Program-made: the position numbers and the translations under genes
In this document: in pieces, positions 39,141 through 52,919 of the stretch
How positions within the stretch are numbered: position 1 is the first letter of the stretch
Layout: each line of letters opens with the position of its first letter
The notes under the pieces: model-generated
Seen by the model: only the letters and a program-made list of their open reading frames with translations
Told to the model about the DNA's origin: nothing
Databases searched by the model: none
Origin: Octopus sinensis
Taxonomy: Eukaryota
DNA: 64,000 bases
Direction of reading: 5' to 3'
NCBI RefSeq assembly: GCF_006345805.1
Contig: NC_043004.1
Span: 8,866,001-8,930,000, forward strand

Positions 39141-39187
<47 letters not shown>

Positions 39188-40399
39188 ATAAATATATAAA
39201 GGGACACGCACACACACACATACACAGACAAGCATGCATACACAAACACACGTATACGTCTGTGTGTATATTCATTGTATGTCCACCCGTTTACTTTCGC
39301 AGATCTCATCATTAACTTCTCCATTCAATGTTCACTTGTATTTGATGCTAGAAATTACCTTACGGTCGTCTGCTGTTGAGGTTACTTAAGAAAATCGCTT
39401 AAGAAGAAAAGGAAACCCTCGGACATAGAAGCAACAGAATGAAGATGATGTGAATAAACTTACATGACTCATCTGTCAACAATTAAGAGGCTTTTAGCAC
39501 AGAAAAAAGGGGTTAAAATAAAAAGACAAAGAATGACATTTTGTAACTTCAAATAAAAGAGCGCAGTAAACATCTTTTTCCGTTTTTTGTTTCCTGTCTT
39601 AATTCTTTTTGTCGCCTGATCAGGGGATTGTATTAAATGATAACAAAACTTTCAAAGAACGACCATTTTGAAAAGGCATACTATTCTACCAATGGTTATT
39701 CGTCGAACGAATTCCTATCATTCTGAAGTCTATCTATTTTAAGGACTTCAAGATTTTATGTATTCCATACATCTAACTCTGGGCTTCGCACTTCTCTTTT
39801 ATATATATATCAACCAAAATCAAAAACAGAAAGAAAGGGGTAAATATTTCAATAAAACTAGTATATTTCCTTAGAATTAAGCTACATTTACCAGCGATGG
39901 CATTGCTAAACGGTTGCTCGCTTTGATAGAATTTACAGTTTAATCTTCCTCAAATTTATCTTTATATTATAACAGTGTATGTATGTATGTATGTTTGTAT
40001 GTATGTATGTATGTATGTAGGTATTTATATATCTTATCTGTCTGTTTCTCTGTCTATATATTCACTGTGCCAATGGGCAGCGTTTCAAATATACGAAAAC
40101 ATCTAGCGAGGGGAAATGGCAGTAAACTCTTTCAAATATCACACTATTGTTTTAAAAATGAATCGTCACGTCTTTGATAGACAATGTCTGAATGTAAAAC
40201 ATCGGAATAGTCACAGCTTGATTTTGGCTAATTAGTAATGACTAAATCACTTAGTCTTTGCATCAATTTTATTATTAGTTAATCAATGAACATCCACCGC
40301 CTTGGGAGCTAAGTAGATGCACAGCAAAAGACGCAAACTCTATTCTTTCATCTTTCCTAGTTACGAACAACCCACCTCATGCTTTCCACCATCTTTCTC

Positions 40400-41160
40400 T
40401 TTATTCATTGGTGTTACTCAAACATCCCCTTTGAGGTCTTCATAAACCGATTCTTACCGGAGGTAATCCATACACGACCATATTTACTAAAGATAGGGTG
40501 TCATGTTCTCGTCTTACATAACCAAAGCTCTTCATTTCCCACCTTTTAACAATTCACGAGCGACTTTCATGCTTCCTTCTTACAACATCACCATTTATCT
40601 TCGAAATCCTATTTAATTCTTAGTTGTTTAATACTTTCTCTTGCTGTATCGAATTTCTCCTCACAGCTGTTTCTTACCTCAGTCCCTGTTTTATATTTCT
40701 TGCTTTCCTTGAAGCTGTTTGTATTAGTTTCCTCTTCTTTATTCTTTTCTCGTGTTATATATTTTCATAGTCTCACAATAGATATCTTACAATAATTTTC
40801 TACTCTTAGAAAACCTCTCCCCTTGTATTCTTGGTAAATATAATCTTTCTCTGTTGACTTTGGGGTGTGTATTCTAAGCGCAGTCATATTTTCCTTGCTT
40901 TTCAGTTTAGTTTTGTTAAATCATTTAGCTTTCAGTTGAGAATATTATAACTATAACTTATTGAAACAGCTTGGGTATCGATTGAAACCGATTGCCTTAT
41001 TTTCGGCATTTAGCTTAGTTTTAAACATCAATCTAACGCGACTGTTTTATTTGTGTTTCTTGCAACACATCTAATTCTTTGATTCCCCAGTATTTTCCAG
41101 TGTTTCGTCAATTTCATCTTATCTTAGTTTCCTTATCTAACATTGTAATAACATATTTAA
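40400..41160 (-). pseudogene. decayed R4/Dong-like LINE
   Basis: Minus-strand fragments FKTKLNAENK, SYSYNILN*KLNDLTKL and ERLYLPRIQG. Confidence 0.55.
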
Positions 41161-41988
41161 AAAATTAATTTCTCTCTCTGTATAGTTTTATTGGCAGGTT
41201 TTTCTAAAGATATTTCTGTTGAGACGGAAAATCTGTTTTAGAAATGTCGTCTGACCCATGCAAACCTGAAAAAATAGACATTAAAATAATAACGATATTG
41301 ATAAGTTATTTTTAAAAAAATGATATTCGCAAGGGAAAAAATTTACAAAATATATTTCATAATTATCTTTTTCATTTGCTTTTAATTAACACAACTTCAT
41401 TTTTCCACTCGTTTTTCCACTCGATTTTCCCACTCGATTTTCCCACCAATTTTCCACTTGAAACTGTGCATCTTATGCAAAATTGTTTTCTCGTGTTTAC
41501 CAACTGTAACATGAGAATAGTAGATTACATCGAACACCGTATTTAACTGGTACATTATCTTATGGACTCTGGAATGAAGACATGTGAAATCAACCTCGAT
41601 AGTATTTGAAATCGGAACGTAAGAGGAATCCACTAAAAACAGCAAAATTTTTGCCCGCCTCTCCATTCATTCTTCCAACAACACCATGAACCAATGCAAT
41701 GCCGTTCTATATTTAAAGAGGAAACGATGCAGTAGAACAGCAGATACGAAAGCCTCGGTCGATGTAAGAAAGGTGGAGAAGTGAATGCAGAGAGATTACC
41801 GCCTTGGGTCATGATGTTGTTGTTATTGCTTGGCTGCAGATCAGATGTGACAAAGAGGATTTATGATCAAGACCTTCAATATATGGCCATCCAATCGTTT
41901 CTTTGCCTATAAGATATTAGAATGTGATTTGAGGGGGACTTTTGGCGGGTCGAGTGATCATGTACGGGATCTATCTTTGGTTCATGGT

Positions 41989-42042
<54 letters not shown>

Positions 42043-43431
42043 GTAGTAGTAGTAGTAGTAGTAATGATAAAAGTAGCAGTTGTAGTAGCTATTGTCACTG
42101 CCGTCGTCATTGTTTAGTCACAAGTGAGATCTGATGAAGCAGACTTTTGAACAGAGTGCTCCAGCCATGACCACTCCATCTCATATTCTGACAATGTATC
42201 CAAGATTGCTTTATCCAGTGTGAACTTTCCTCCTTTTCATAAAATATCCATCAGGTGTGTTTTGAGAGGAATTTAGCTGTTATTTCTTCCATTTGGAGCA
42301 ACCACACAGAGGTTCCTTGTTGGTTGGTGGTGATGGAGTTTTATCCTCCATCCCTTCAGGTGTTGCTTACTTTTGCTTACAATGAAACAAGCTCACCAAA
42401 TGCTACCAGGCGTTATTGTTCCTTATCTTTGCCAAAATTTATAAATCTCAATTCCTATATCCTTTTGTACACTACTTCCTCATCAAATTCCTCTCGACTG
42501 ACGCTGACGCAATAATACTCCCATTTCTAATTCCCAGGCATTTCCTGTCCGTATCGTCAGTTTTACTTTTCAACGAAGAGGCACAGTTCGAAACATCTAT
42601 CTCAACTTGATCTCGCCTTATAATAACATTCGCATACTCACTTTTTCTTTTATAATTTTTAATGGCTTACTCTGAGGCAAACACCGAATGCCTATGAATA
42701 TTCTTGCTGGGTTTTTGTGGTTGGTGGTGGGGTGAGGTGGTAGTGGTAGTAGGGGACAAGAAATTAATGATATATCCTCCAGACTAGTCGACCCGTTCCG
42801 GTTGATTACAACAGACTAGCCTCCAAGATAAATACTCATTGGGCAGGTTGCGGTGTTAATCCGAGTAACAGGTTAATTCTAACATACCTGATCCGGTAAA
42901 ATCTACTCCACGAGATGTGGGATTTTGCACAGTTTCAGTCTACTCGATTGGGTTCAGAGTGATGCTGATAATGGTATTAATAATGGGTGAGTCGAAAACT
43001 TGTAAAATCCTGTGGGGTTTCTCAATCCAAATGGACCAAATACTTGAGGACAACAAGCTGGACCTAAAGGTGGTGGACAAGATAAACCACATGGGTTCTG
43101 TACTTGACGTTGCCTGTCCTATTTGACGGACGAATAATTGAAAAGGAAAGTGACAAAATAGACATGTACAGTCCTCTTAAATGGAGGATGAAAAAAGTGA
43201 AGATAAATGCTAGTCATTAGGGGTCAGTATCATGAGGCATCAAGAGGCATCAAGAAATCGGAATCCCAGTAAAACTGTTTCAAAAGGTTTGCTTCCTTGA
43301 TACGGCCAGAATTATCGAGAAAATATTCGATTGTCGAACAAATACAGAAAGCACGATACCGTGGGCTACAAATACAAACCTTGCCGCTCTTGCAAAACTG
43401 CAGGAGTTCTAACATAACCTGAGTTAAAATA

Positions 43432-43499
<68 letters not shown>

Positions 43500-43533
43500 A
43501 ATAATAATAATAACAATAATAATAATAATAATG

Positions 43534-44777
43534 CACCGTCGAGTCGTCGGCGACTAAACCGGCAATTCCGCTAAACGGGTAGACAGAACTCATGAGTCTT
43601 GGTTGGCAGTCTGTCAAGGAGAAAGAACACTCTGATTTAAAAACAGGGTTAGATAGAACTCCTTAGTCACAGTGGTGAGAAACTGTCAGTATCTAATGAC
43701 TCCATGCCTGGGATGAAGGTGAATGAACTGCGAATTGGGACTTAACTCCGGAGCAATATTTGGATGAAGATACGGGACTAACTGAATCAGAATCATGGCC
43801 CCCAACACACAGAAATGCGAAGGGAACAGGCCCAACTTATGGGTAGTATGAGCTCTGCAGTTTTGGTTGACTCCTTCACCAAACCCACGGGGGTAATGTG
43901 AGAAAAGGCGAGTATCTGGCGGTTTCAAATAACCAGTGCTCCGGGTAGACTCTACTCGTTAGCCTTGTGGGGTAAAGCAGCCTAGTAGGAGGAACACTCT
44001 GAGTTCAAAACCAGGGGAGTATGGATCTTGCCACCTTGGCGGACTGTCTTGATAGAGATGGTGTCTCGATAAAAATAAACAACCGTAGTGGAAAAGGAGA
44101 ATTTCCAAATATATAAACTCCTTGATCAATGTAGTGTCAATACTTGTCAGGAAAAGAAATGGAGGACTTAAGAACGAATGGAAGTATGGTGTAGATACAA
44201 AAGGCCTGAATGTTATAATTAAGCATTACCAGTAAAATAAATTGTCTAGAACCGACCAAAAAAGATTTTATCAGGAGATTAATGACGATAAAAAACGTGT
44301 AAGATTAGTCTCTTATGCTGACGAAAGTCGACTTTTCTGGGGTAAGTTATTGAGTAAGCAAGAACAACATAATACTACAGCTGAATGGCTCTGCAGCCTG
44401 AAGAAAACAGCTTCTTATTTCCAGCAAGACGCTATCCACTTCACAGAAGACAGTATCAGAAATATGAGCAAAAAGATAAGCAATTGGAAAGCAGCAGGAC
44501 CTGACAGTGTACAGGGATTTTGGATAAAAACGTACCAGGATCCAGCTATTGAATTACAGACACTTTGGAAAGTGCGGGTAAAATGTATCCCAGTAGTTGT
44601 AGGTGCATTGAGAACTATCTCTAAAGGTCTGAACTCATGGTTGGAGGAAATAGGCATAAACCCAATTTATTAGGAACAGCTAAGACTGTTAGGGGGATTC
44701 TTGACATCTAAGGTTACTTCTTGTAGCCTGCTGTTAGTATTTTTCCGCAACATTCTCATCTGTTGAGTGCATATGAA

Positions 44778-44778
<1 letters not shown>
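43534..44778 (+). mobile_element. R4/Dong-like non-autonomous element with internal deletion, inserted in (TAA)n
   Basis: Long 5' region, pre-RT ORF piece (RTDQKRFYQEIN...NWKAAGPDSVQGFWIK) fused to the RLE C-terminus (IPVVVGALRTISKGL); (ATA)n to the left and (AAT)n to the right. Confidence 0.7.
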
Positions 44779-44839
<61 letters not shown>

Positions 44840-45054
44840 TAATAATAATGATTTCTTTATTAACATTATGGACAATAAGGGCAAAACAAGACTAACGAAA
44901 TTAAAAAGAAAAAACGAAGAAACGACTGTAGAAAAAGTCACAATATTTCAGTTAAGAAGTGTAAGAATCGTTGGAGGCCATGAAAGAGTATTATGGAATG
45001 TTGCATGCAGGTGTGTGTCAGTGTGTCACTAGGCATGAATATATGTAAGACGGT

Positions 45055-45330
45055 GAGAGGGTAGAATCGGCCAACGTGCTTGGCGGCATTTCTTTCGACT
45101 CTTTACATCCCGTGTTCAAATCCCGCCAGGCTCAAATTTGCTTTTCATCATTTCGCAGTTTGATAAAAGAAAGTACCAGTCATGTACTGGGGTCGATATA
45201 AATGAATTCTTCTCTCCCTTTGAAATCACTGGCTTTGAATCCTGCGACGGACCGGCGACAAGTTCTGGATTGATGTTATGGTTTCGGTCACTTAGGGGCC
45301 ACGGAAACCGGGTAGCCAGATCCTATAAAT
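45055..45330 (+). mobile_element. diverged SINE family B
   Basis: gtgttcaaatcccgcc...aagtaccagt..tactggggtcgatata. Confidence 0.65.
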
Positions 45331-45427
45331 CCTAATGATCGAAAATAAAAGTACGCATGGATGTATAAATGTATACACACATATATATATATCCACACAA
45401 TTGCATGCATATAATACTGACACACGG

Positions 45428-45482
<55 letters not shown>

Positions 45483-45714
45483 TCCGTACCCATAAGAATT
45501 ATACATACATCTCTGTATGGGCGAGTGCATGGGTGTAGAAATAAATGCGTTATGACAATATAAACACTGAACATAAATTAAAGACCCTACCCTGGGTATT
45601 ATTTATATTTTATGAAATCTTTCATTTATTTCTAAATCTGAATGTTTCTGTGTAAATAAATTGGGAATTTAAGAGGACGTGTGAAAACCTGGGAAGAAAA
45701 CAATGAAACACACA

Positions 45715-45755
<41 letters not shown>

Positions 45756-46234
45756 TATACGCATGCGCACGCACACACACATGTATATATGTATGTATAT
45801 AGAGCCATGCACGTATAATCAGATAGGCATATAAAGCAATAATGAGTTAAGTGTTTGGGTGGAGCGAGAGGCAAATAAATAAACTGAATGTCTGATCACT
45901 TGATAGATATTCTGATAGAGAGCACAATGGAATGAAATTTAGACAGGTGGTTGTTAAGGACATCGCAATCGATATAAAATACTTTTACAGGAATCATTGT
46001 ATATATATACGTACATACGTACATATATCTGTGCACACACACACACACATGTACATGTATATAGACACACATGTATATAAGACATACAAACACGACAGAT
46101 TTCGTAGTTTCTCTGTTGATTGAAAGTCGATTTTCGACTCTTATTGCAGTCTCATCAGGTGTCTACATCACTTGACCAAACCCAGGAAAACAAGTAACCA
46201 TTCCATTTATATATATATATATATATATAATATA

Positions 46235-46267
<33 letters not shown>

Positions 46268-46273
<6 letters not shown>

Positions 46274-46470
46274 ATCCAAACATGAACAAGGAGAAAACAC
46301 AACAACGCGAGGACGTGGAACAAGTGTAGTGTTATTGGACGCTAAGGCAAGGTAAGAAAGAAGGAGGATTTAACGTTTCGAGCGGAGCGCTTCTTCAGAA
46401 ACATAGGAAAAGGAAAGGTCCATGGAAGGGAAGACGGAGAAAGAAAATCGCCAACGATACACGCGCGGTC
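46268..46470 (-). mobile_element. Penelope-like terminal fragment with degenerate hammerhead
   Basis: Minus strand ttt CTGAAGA a gcgc tcc gctc GAAA cg TT aaa (46369-46401); bounded by (TA)n. Confidence 0.5.
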
Positions 46471-46484
46471 ACATATATAATTAT

Positions 46485-47254
46485 CAGAGGCGGCACCTGG
46501 TCATCAGCGTCACTCGGGCTCAACATAGATTTTGCATAAGATACACGACATGCCTGCTCGAAGAAGTTCACGTTTTTCCGCTTTATTTCTAGCCCCAAAT
46601 AGCTTATTTTTGTTTTTATATCTAACACTATGTTTTTCTCCATTTCTAAGTTCATGGTGAAAATAAAACAACCCTGAAAAACACAACCGATCTTTACACA
46701 GAGAAGCACAGAGTAACAGCAATCAAATCACAACAGCAGAGTACACAACAAACATCAGCGATCTGTCTGTCGCCTGTACTCTTGACAAGAAATGCCAACT
46801 TGTCTTTTATACACCTACCAGGCTCATTCGTATTAGCCCGAGTTGCTGAATAATTTTCCGTTCCTTTAAGAATGGAATTTAAATCTTAATCTCTTTAGAA
46901 ATTTATTGTTTCAAGAGAACATTGAATTTGAATTACTTTTAATTTTTACGACTATAGATAACAACTCGGGCTGTAACTTCTGAGCCCGAGTCAGGACATA
47001 TGAACGATATCGAGAGAACGTCTGCTACGAATGATATTTTTTGACACATGGCACCACTAAGACGACCGCCAGACGTTGAACAAAAATAAATTAACTGCGA
47101 CCAGGCTCAATGAAAGGAGCCGGAGTTATTGGCCGCAATTACATACTTGAAGTCAATGTTGGCAGATTTTAAATCAGTCCACAAATACACATTCACTTTA
47201 CTAAATTTATACTCGAGCGATACCCGATAAGTCCGAGTGCCGGAGTAGCCACTG
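46485..47254. mobile_element. non-autonomous DNA transposon, hAT-like
   Basis: Imperfect TIRs cagaggcggcacc / ggagtagccactg and repeated subterminal ctcggg/cccgag motifs; no clean 8-bp TSD. Confidence 0.4.
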
Positions 47255-47262
47255 ATATATTA

Positions 47263-47302
<40 letters not shown>

Positions 47303-47413
47303 ATGCATATACATATATATGTATATATATATACATATATTTATATATATATATATATATACACATACATACATATATACATGCATGCATACATACATAC
47401 ATACATACATACA

Positions 47414-47459
<46 letters not shown>

Positions 47460-47462
<3 letters not shown>

Positions 47463-47750
47463 GTTTTATTCTATTTGATTATTTAACTAGTATTGTCATT
47501 ATTGTTGACCTCAAGCGTGACTATACTTTTAAATTGAATTGTTTTTCGATTAAATTTAAATTCAATTGCAATTCCAATTGAAGTTATAGCCACGAAATGT
47601 ACGTAGTCTTTTTACTTATTATATATTGTTTATTCATTTTTTGTACTCTTTGTGATCTAGTTATGTTTTATAATAAATTTTATTTTTTCTTTATGATTTG
47701 GTTTATGTCTATCATTGTTTGAATTACATAATAGTGGTTTTCTCTAATAT
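47460..47750. repeat. AT-rich dispersed repeat
   Basis: An inverted homologous copy lies at ~58735-59040. Confidence 0.75.
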
Positions 47751-47777
47751 ATATATATATTATATATATATATATAT

Positions 47778-50700
47778 AATTTCAACAATTGAGGGCAAAA
47801 TTAATTAATTATTAATCAATTTCACCAAGTGTTCAGTATGCAAAGGGACCATTCAAGGCGAATTCAAATTATTACATTATATAAAAGGGCTTAGTAAAAT
47901 AAATTACTTTGCCGCATACTGAACTCATTAGAAATAGCAGCTAAAAAACTTTTTTAAGGCTATTTCTAATACTTAAAGAAAATCTCTCTCATATATAGTG
48001 TTTGCTTAATTCAACTCACAAAAGTTTGGGGGTAAGGACATCGAAAAATCAAATGCTAAGGTTATTCGAGAACGTACGTTTCAAGATTAGTCAAAACAAC
48101 ATTTCTATCATCGGCTCAGAAATTCCTTGGTTTGGATTTGGAAACACTGAAAATAAGAACATACCCTTTCGAAGATCTGCTCCCAACTAACAGTGCCAAC
48201 AAATTCAAAATAAGCAAGCGAAGAATCTCTGTTCTCCCCTTTCCACCAGCGTGGGTTAAAATCATCAAACACTATGCTTATTTCGGTAAAATCCGAAGCA
48301 TTAATCAGAGGGAGATTAATTATAATTTCAACAATTGAGGGCAAAATTAATTAATTATTAATCAATTTCACCAAGTGTTCAGTATGCAAAGGGACCATTC
48401 AAGGCGAATTCAAATTATTACATATATAAAAGGGCTTAGTAAAATAAATTACTTTGCCGCATACTGAACTCATTAGAAATAGCAGCTAAAAAACTTTTTT
48501 AAGGCTATTTCTAATACTTAAGAAAATCTCTCTCATATATAGTGTTTGCTTAATTCAACTCACAAAAGTTTGGGGGTAAGGACATCGAAAAATCAAATGC
48601 TAAGGTTATTCGAGAACGTACGTTTCAAGATTAGTCAAAACAACATTTCTATCATCGGCTCAGAAATTCCTTGGTTTGGATTTGGAAACACTGAAAATAA
48701 GAACATACCCTTTCGAAGATCTGCTCCCAACTAACAGTGCCAACAAATTCAAAATAAGCAAGCGAAGAATCTCTGTTCTCCCCTTTCCACCAGCGTGGGT
48801 TAAAATCATCAAACACTATGCTTATTTCGGTAAAATCCGAAGCATTAATCAGAGGGAGATTAATTATAATTTCAACAATTGAGGGCAAAATTAATTAATT
48901 ATTAATCAATTTCACCAAGTGTTCAGTATGCAAGGGACCATTCAAGGCGAATTCAAATTATTACATTATATAAAAGGGCTTAGTAAAATAAATTACTTTG
49001 CCGCATACTGAACTCATTAGAAATAGCAGCTAAAAAACTTTTTTAAGGCTATTTCTAATACTAAAGAAAATCTCTCTCATATATAGTGTTTGCTTAATTC
49101 AACTCACAAAAGTTTGGGGGTAAGGACATCGAAAAATCAAATGCTAAGGTTATTCGAGAACGTACGTTTCAAGATTAGTCAAAACAACATTTCTATCATC
49201 GGCTCAGAATTCCTTGGTTTGGATTTGGAAACACTGAAAATAAGAACATACCCTTTCGAAGATCTGCTCCAACTAACAGTGCCAACAAATTCAAAATAAG
49301 CAAGCGAAGAATCTCTGTTCTCCCCTTTCCACCAGCGTGGGTTAAAATCATCAAACACTATGCTTATTTCGGTAAAATCCGAAGCATTAATCAGAGGGAG
49401 ATTAATTATAATTTCAACAATTGAGGGCAAAATTAATTAATTATTAATCAATTTCACCAAGTGTTCAGTATGCAAAGGGACCATTCAAGGCGAATTCAAA
49501 TTATTACATTATATAAAAGGGCTTAGTAAAATAAATTACTTTGCCGCATACTGAACTCATTAGAAATAGCAGCTAAAAAACTTTTTTAAGGCTATTTCTA
49601 ATACTTAAAGAAAATCTCTCTCATATATAGTGTTTGCTTAATTCAACTCACAAAAGTTTGGGGGTAAGGACATCGAAAAATCAAATGCTAAGGTTATTCG
49701 AGAACGTACGTTTCAAGATTAGTCAAAACAACATTTCTATCATCGGCTCAGAAATTCCTTGGTTTGGATTTGGAAACACTGAAAATAAGAACATACCCTT
49801 TCGAAGATCTGCTCCCAACTAACAGTGCCAACAAATTCAAAATAAGCAAGCGAAGAATCTCTGTTCTCCCCTTTCCACCAGCGTGGGTTAAAATCATCAA
49901 CACTATGCTTATTTCGGTAAAATCCGAAGCATTAATCAGAGGGAGATTAATTATAATTTCAACAATTGAGGGCAAAATTAATAATTATTATCAATTTCAC
50001 CAAGTGTTCAGTATGCAAGGGACCATTCAAGGCGAATTCAAATTATTACATTATAAAAGGGCTTAGTAAAATAAATTACTTTGCCGCATACTGAACTCAT
50101 TAGAAATAGCAGCTAAAAAACTTTTTTAAGGCTATTTCTAATACTTAAAGAAAATCTCTCTCATATATAGTGTTTGCTTAATTCAACTCACAAAAGTTTG
50201 GGGGTAAGGACATCGAAAAATCAAATGCTAAGGTTATTCGAGAACGTACGTTTCAAGATTAGTCAAAACAACATTTCTATCATCGGCTCAGAAATTCCTT
50301 GGTTTGGATTTGGAAACACTGAAAATAAGAACATACCCTTTCGAAGATCTGCTCCCAATAACAGTGCCAACAAATTCAAAATAAGCAAGCGAAGAATCTC
50401 TGTTCTCCCCTTTCCACCAGCGTGGGTTAAAATCATCAAACACTATGCTTATTTCGGTAAAATCCGAAGCATTAATCAGAGGGAGATTAATTATAATTTC
50501 AACAATTGAGGGCAAAATTAATTAATTATTAATCAATTTCACCAAGTGTTCAGTATGCAAAGGGACCATTCAAGGCGAATTCAAATTATTACATTATATA
50601 AAAGGGCTTAGTAAAATAAATTACTTTGCCGCATACTGAACTCATTAGAAATAGCAGCTAAAAAACTTTTTTAAGGCTATTTCTAATACTTAAAGAAAAT

Positions 50701-51437
50701 CTCTCTCATATATAGTGTTTGCTTAATTCAACTCACAAAAGTTGGGGGTAAGGACATCGAAAAATCAAATGCTAAGGTTATTCGAGAACGTACGTTTCAA
50801 GATTAGTCAAAACAACATTTCTATCATCGGCTCAGAAATTCCTTGGTTTGGATTTGGAAACACTGAAAATAAGAACATACCCTTTCGAAGATCTGCTCCC
50901 AACTAACAGTGCCAACAAATTCAAAATAAGCAAGCGAAGAATCTCTGTTCTCCCCTTTCCACCAGCGTGGGTTAAAATCATCAAACACTATGCTTATTTC
51001 GGTAAAATCCGAAGCATTAATCAGAGGGAGATTAATTATAATTTCAACAATTGAGGGCAAAATTAATTAATTATTAATCAATTTCACCAAGTGTTCAGTA
51101 TGCAAAGGGACCATTCAGGCGAATTCAAATTATTACATTATATAAAAGGGCTTAGTAAAATAAATTACTTTGCCGCATACTGAACTCATTAGAAATAGCA
51201 GCTAAAAAACTTTTTTAAGGCTATTTCTAATACTTAAAGAAAATCTCTCTCATATATAGTGTTTGCTTAATTCAACTCACAAAAGTTTGGGGGTAAGGAC
51301 ATCGAAAAATCAAATGCTAAGGTTATTCGAGAACGTACGTTTCAAGATTAGTCAAAACAACATTTCTATCATCGGCTCAGAAATTCCTTGGTTTGGATTT
51401 GGAAACACTGAAAATAAGAACATACCCTTTCGAAGAT
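47778..51437. repeat. tandem array of ~544-bp units, ~6.7 copies
   Basis: Unit starts (ttcaacaattgagggc) at ~47781, 48327, 48871, 49413, 49958, 50498 and 51043; last unit partial. Copies differ mainly by 1-nt indels; (TA)n at both ends. Confidence 0.97.
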
Positions 51438-51785
51438 ATATATATAGTTAATCCAAACTAGAAAACACAAAAAAACAAAAAAAAAACACAACACAGCCAT
51501 TTATTTTCTCATAGTATATTAGATAGTATGAAGTTACAAATATGAATTGCATATGGTTATGCAATTCATATTTGTATCTTCATATTATGTAATACATTAC
51601 GAACGAATAACTGGCAGGCTCTTGAAACGCGCGTTGCATTATTTGATCAAGAACTACATCATTCTGTTCACATTCTTTTGTTGTATCTATCTATCCATCC
51701 ATCAATCTATCTATCAATACACACACATACACACACACACACACATATATACAATTACAAACACACACGCGCACGCACGCGCGCG

Positions 51786-51837
<52 letters not shown>

Positions 51838-52395
51838 TGTGGCATTGTGAGTTTCTGACTTAATTACTTCGCGTGCGTATTTCTCATCCATTGCAAGTAT
51901 TTGTATAAAATTCATAGATATTGCCACCATTATCATCATCATCATAATCACCGTCTTTCTCGTTGTTATACTCATTTCCGTTTCCTCTTTCTGTTCTTCC
52001 TCATCGTCATCGTTGTCGCTCTCCTCATCCCTCTCATTATGAAGGGTAGAAGTAGTACCAAAGACAACAAGGATTGAAGCAGGTGAAAGTTTATATTCAA
52101 CATTCATACAACGGGTAGATGTAAGGAGTTTGCCTTATATTCATGCAGTTTTACAAACATATTTTACGGTCTCTCGGTTTCATATCCACACATACACATA
52201 TATACATACATACATATATGACACACCTGTATGCACGCCTACGCATGTAAATATATATGCATATTGTACACACACACACATATATATATACATACGCACG
52301 TCTAAATAATTACTGACACACGTAAGGTATATATGCATGAATATATTTACGCACCTTTCTGTATTTGCCTATGTGCATGTGTGTGTATATATATG

Positions 52396-52430
<35 letters not shown>

Positions 52431-52434
<4 letters not shown>

Positions 52435-52774
52435 TCTTTTTTTTTACTTGTTTCAGTCATCGGTTGTCAAGCGATGTTGGGGGACAAACATAGACACACA
52501 AACATATACACACACATACATATATATATATATATATTATATATATATATATCTATATATATATATATATATTATATATATATATATAATATATATATAT
52601 ACACATATATACGACGGGCTTCTTTCAGTTTCCGTCTACCAAATCCACTCACAAGACATTGGTCGGCCTGAGGCTATAGTAGAAGACACTTGCCCAAGGT
52701 GCCACGCAGTGGGACTGAACCCGGAACTATGTGGTTCGTAATCAAGCTACTTACCACACAGCCACTCCTACACA

Positions 52775-52866
<92 letters not shown>

Positions 52867-52877
52867 GTATGTATATA

Positions 52878-52919
<42 letters not shown>

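Noticed and set aside
39358-39372. Minus-strand microexon (cag|cagacgaccgtaag|gtaatt)
   Set aside because: Splice-like signals are present, but there is no partner exon or host gene to support it.
46120-46168. Hammerhead (minus strand CTGATGA gact...agtc GAAA)
   Set aside because: Core and stem II are good, but no stem I partner could be found, so it is at best a broken relic.
47778-51437. CRISPR-like array or repeated protein-coding genes (62-111 aa ORFs)
   Set aside because: Units are identical with no unique spacers, the context is eukaryotic, and the ORFs vary with 1-nt indels and match no domain I recognise.
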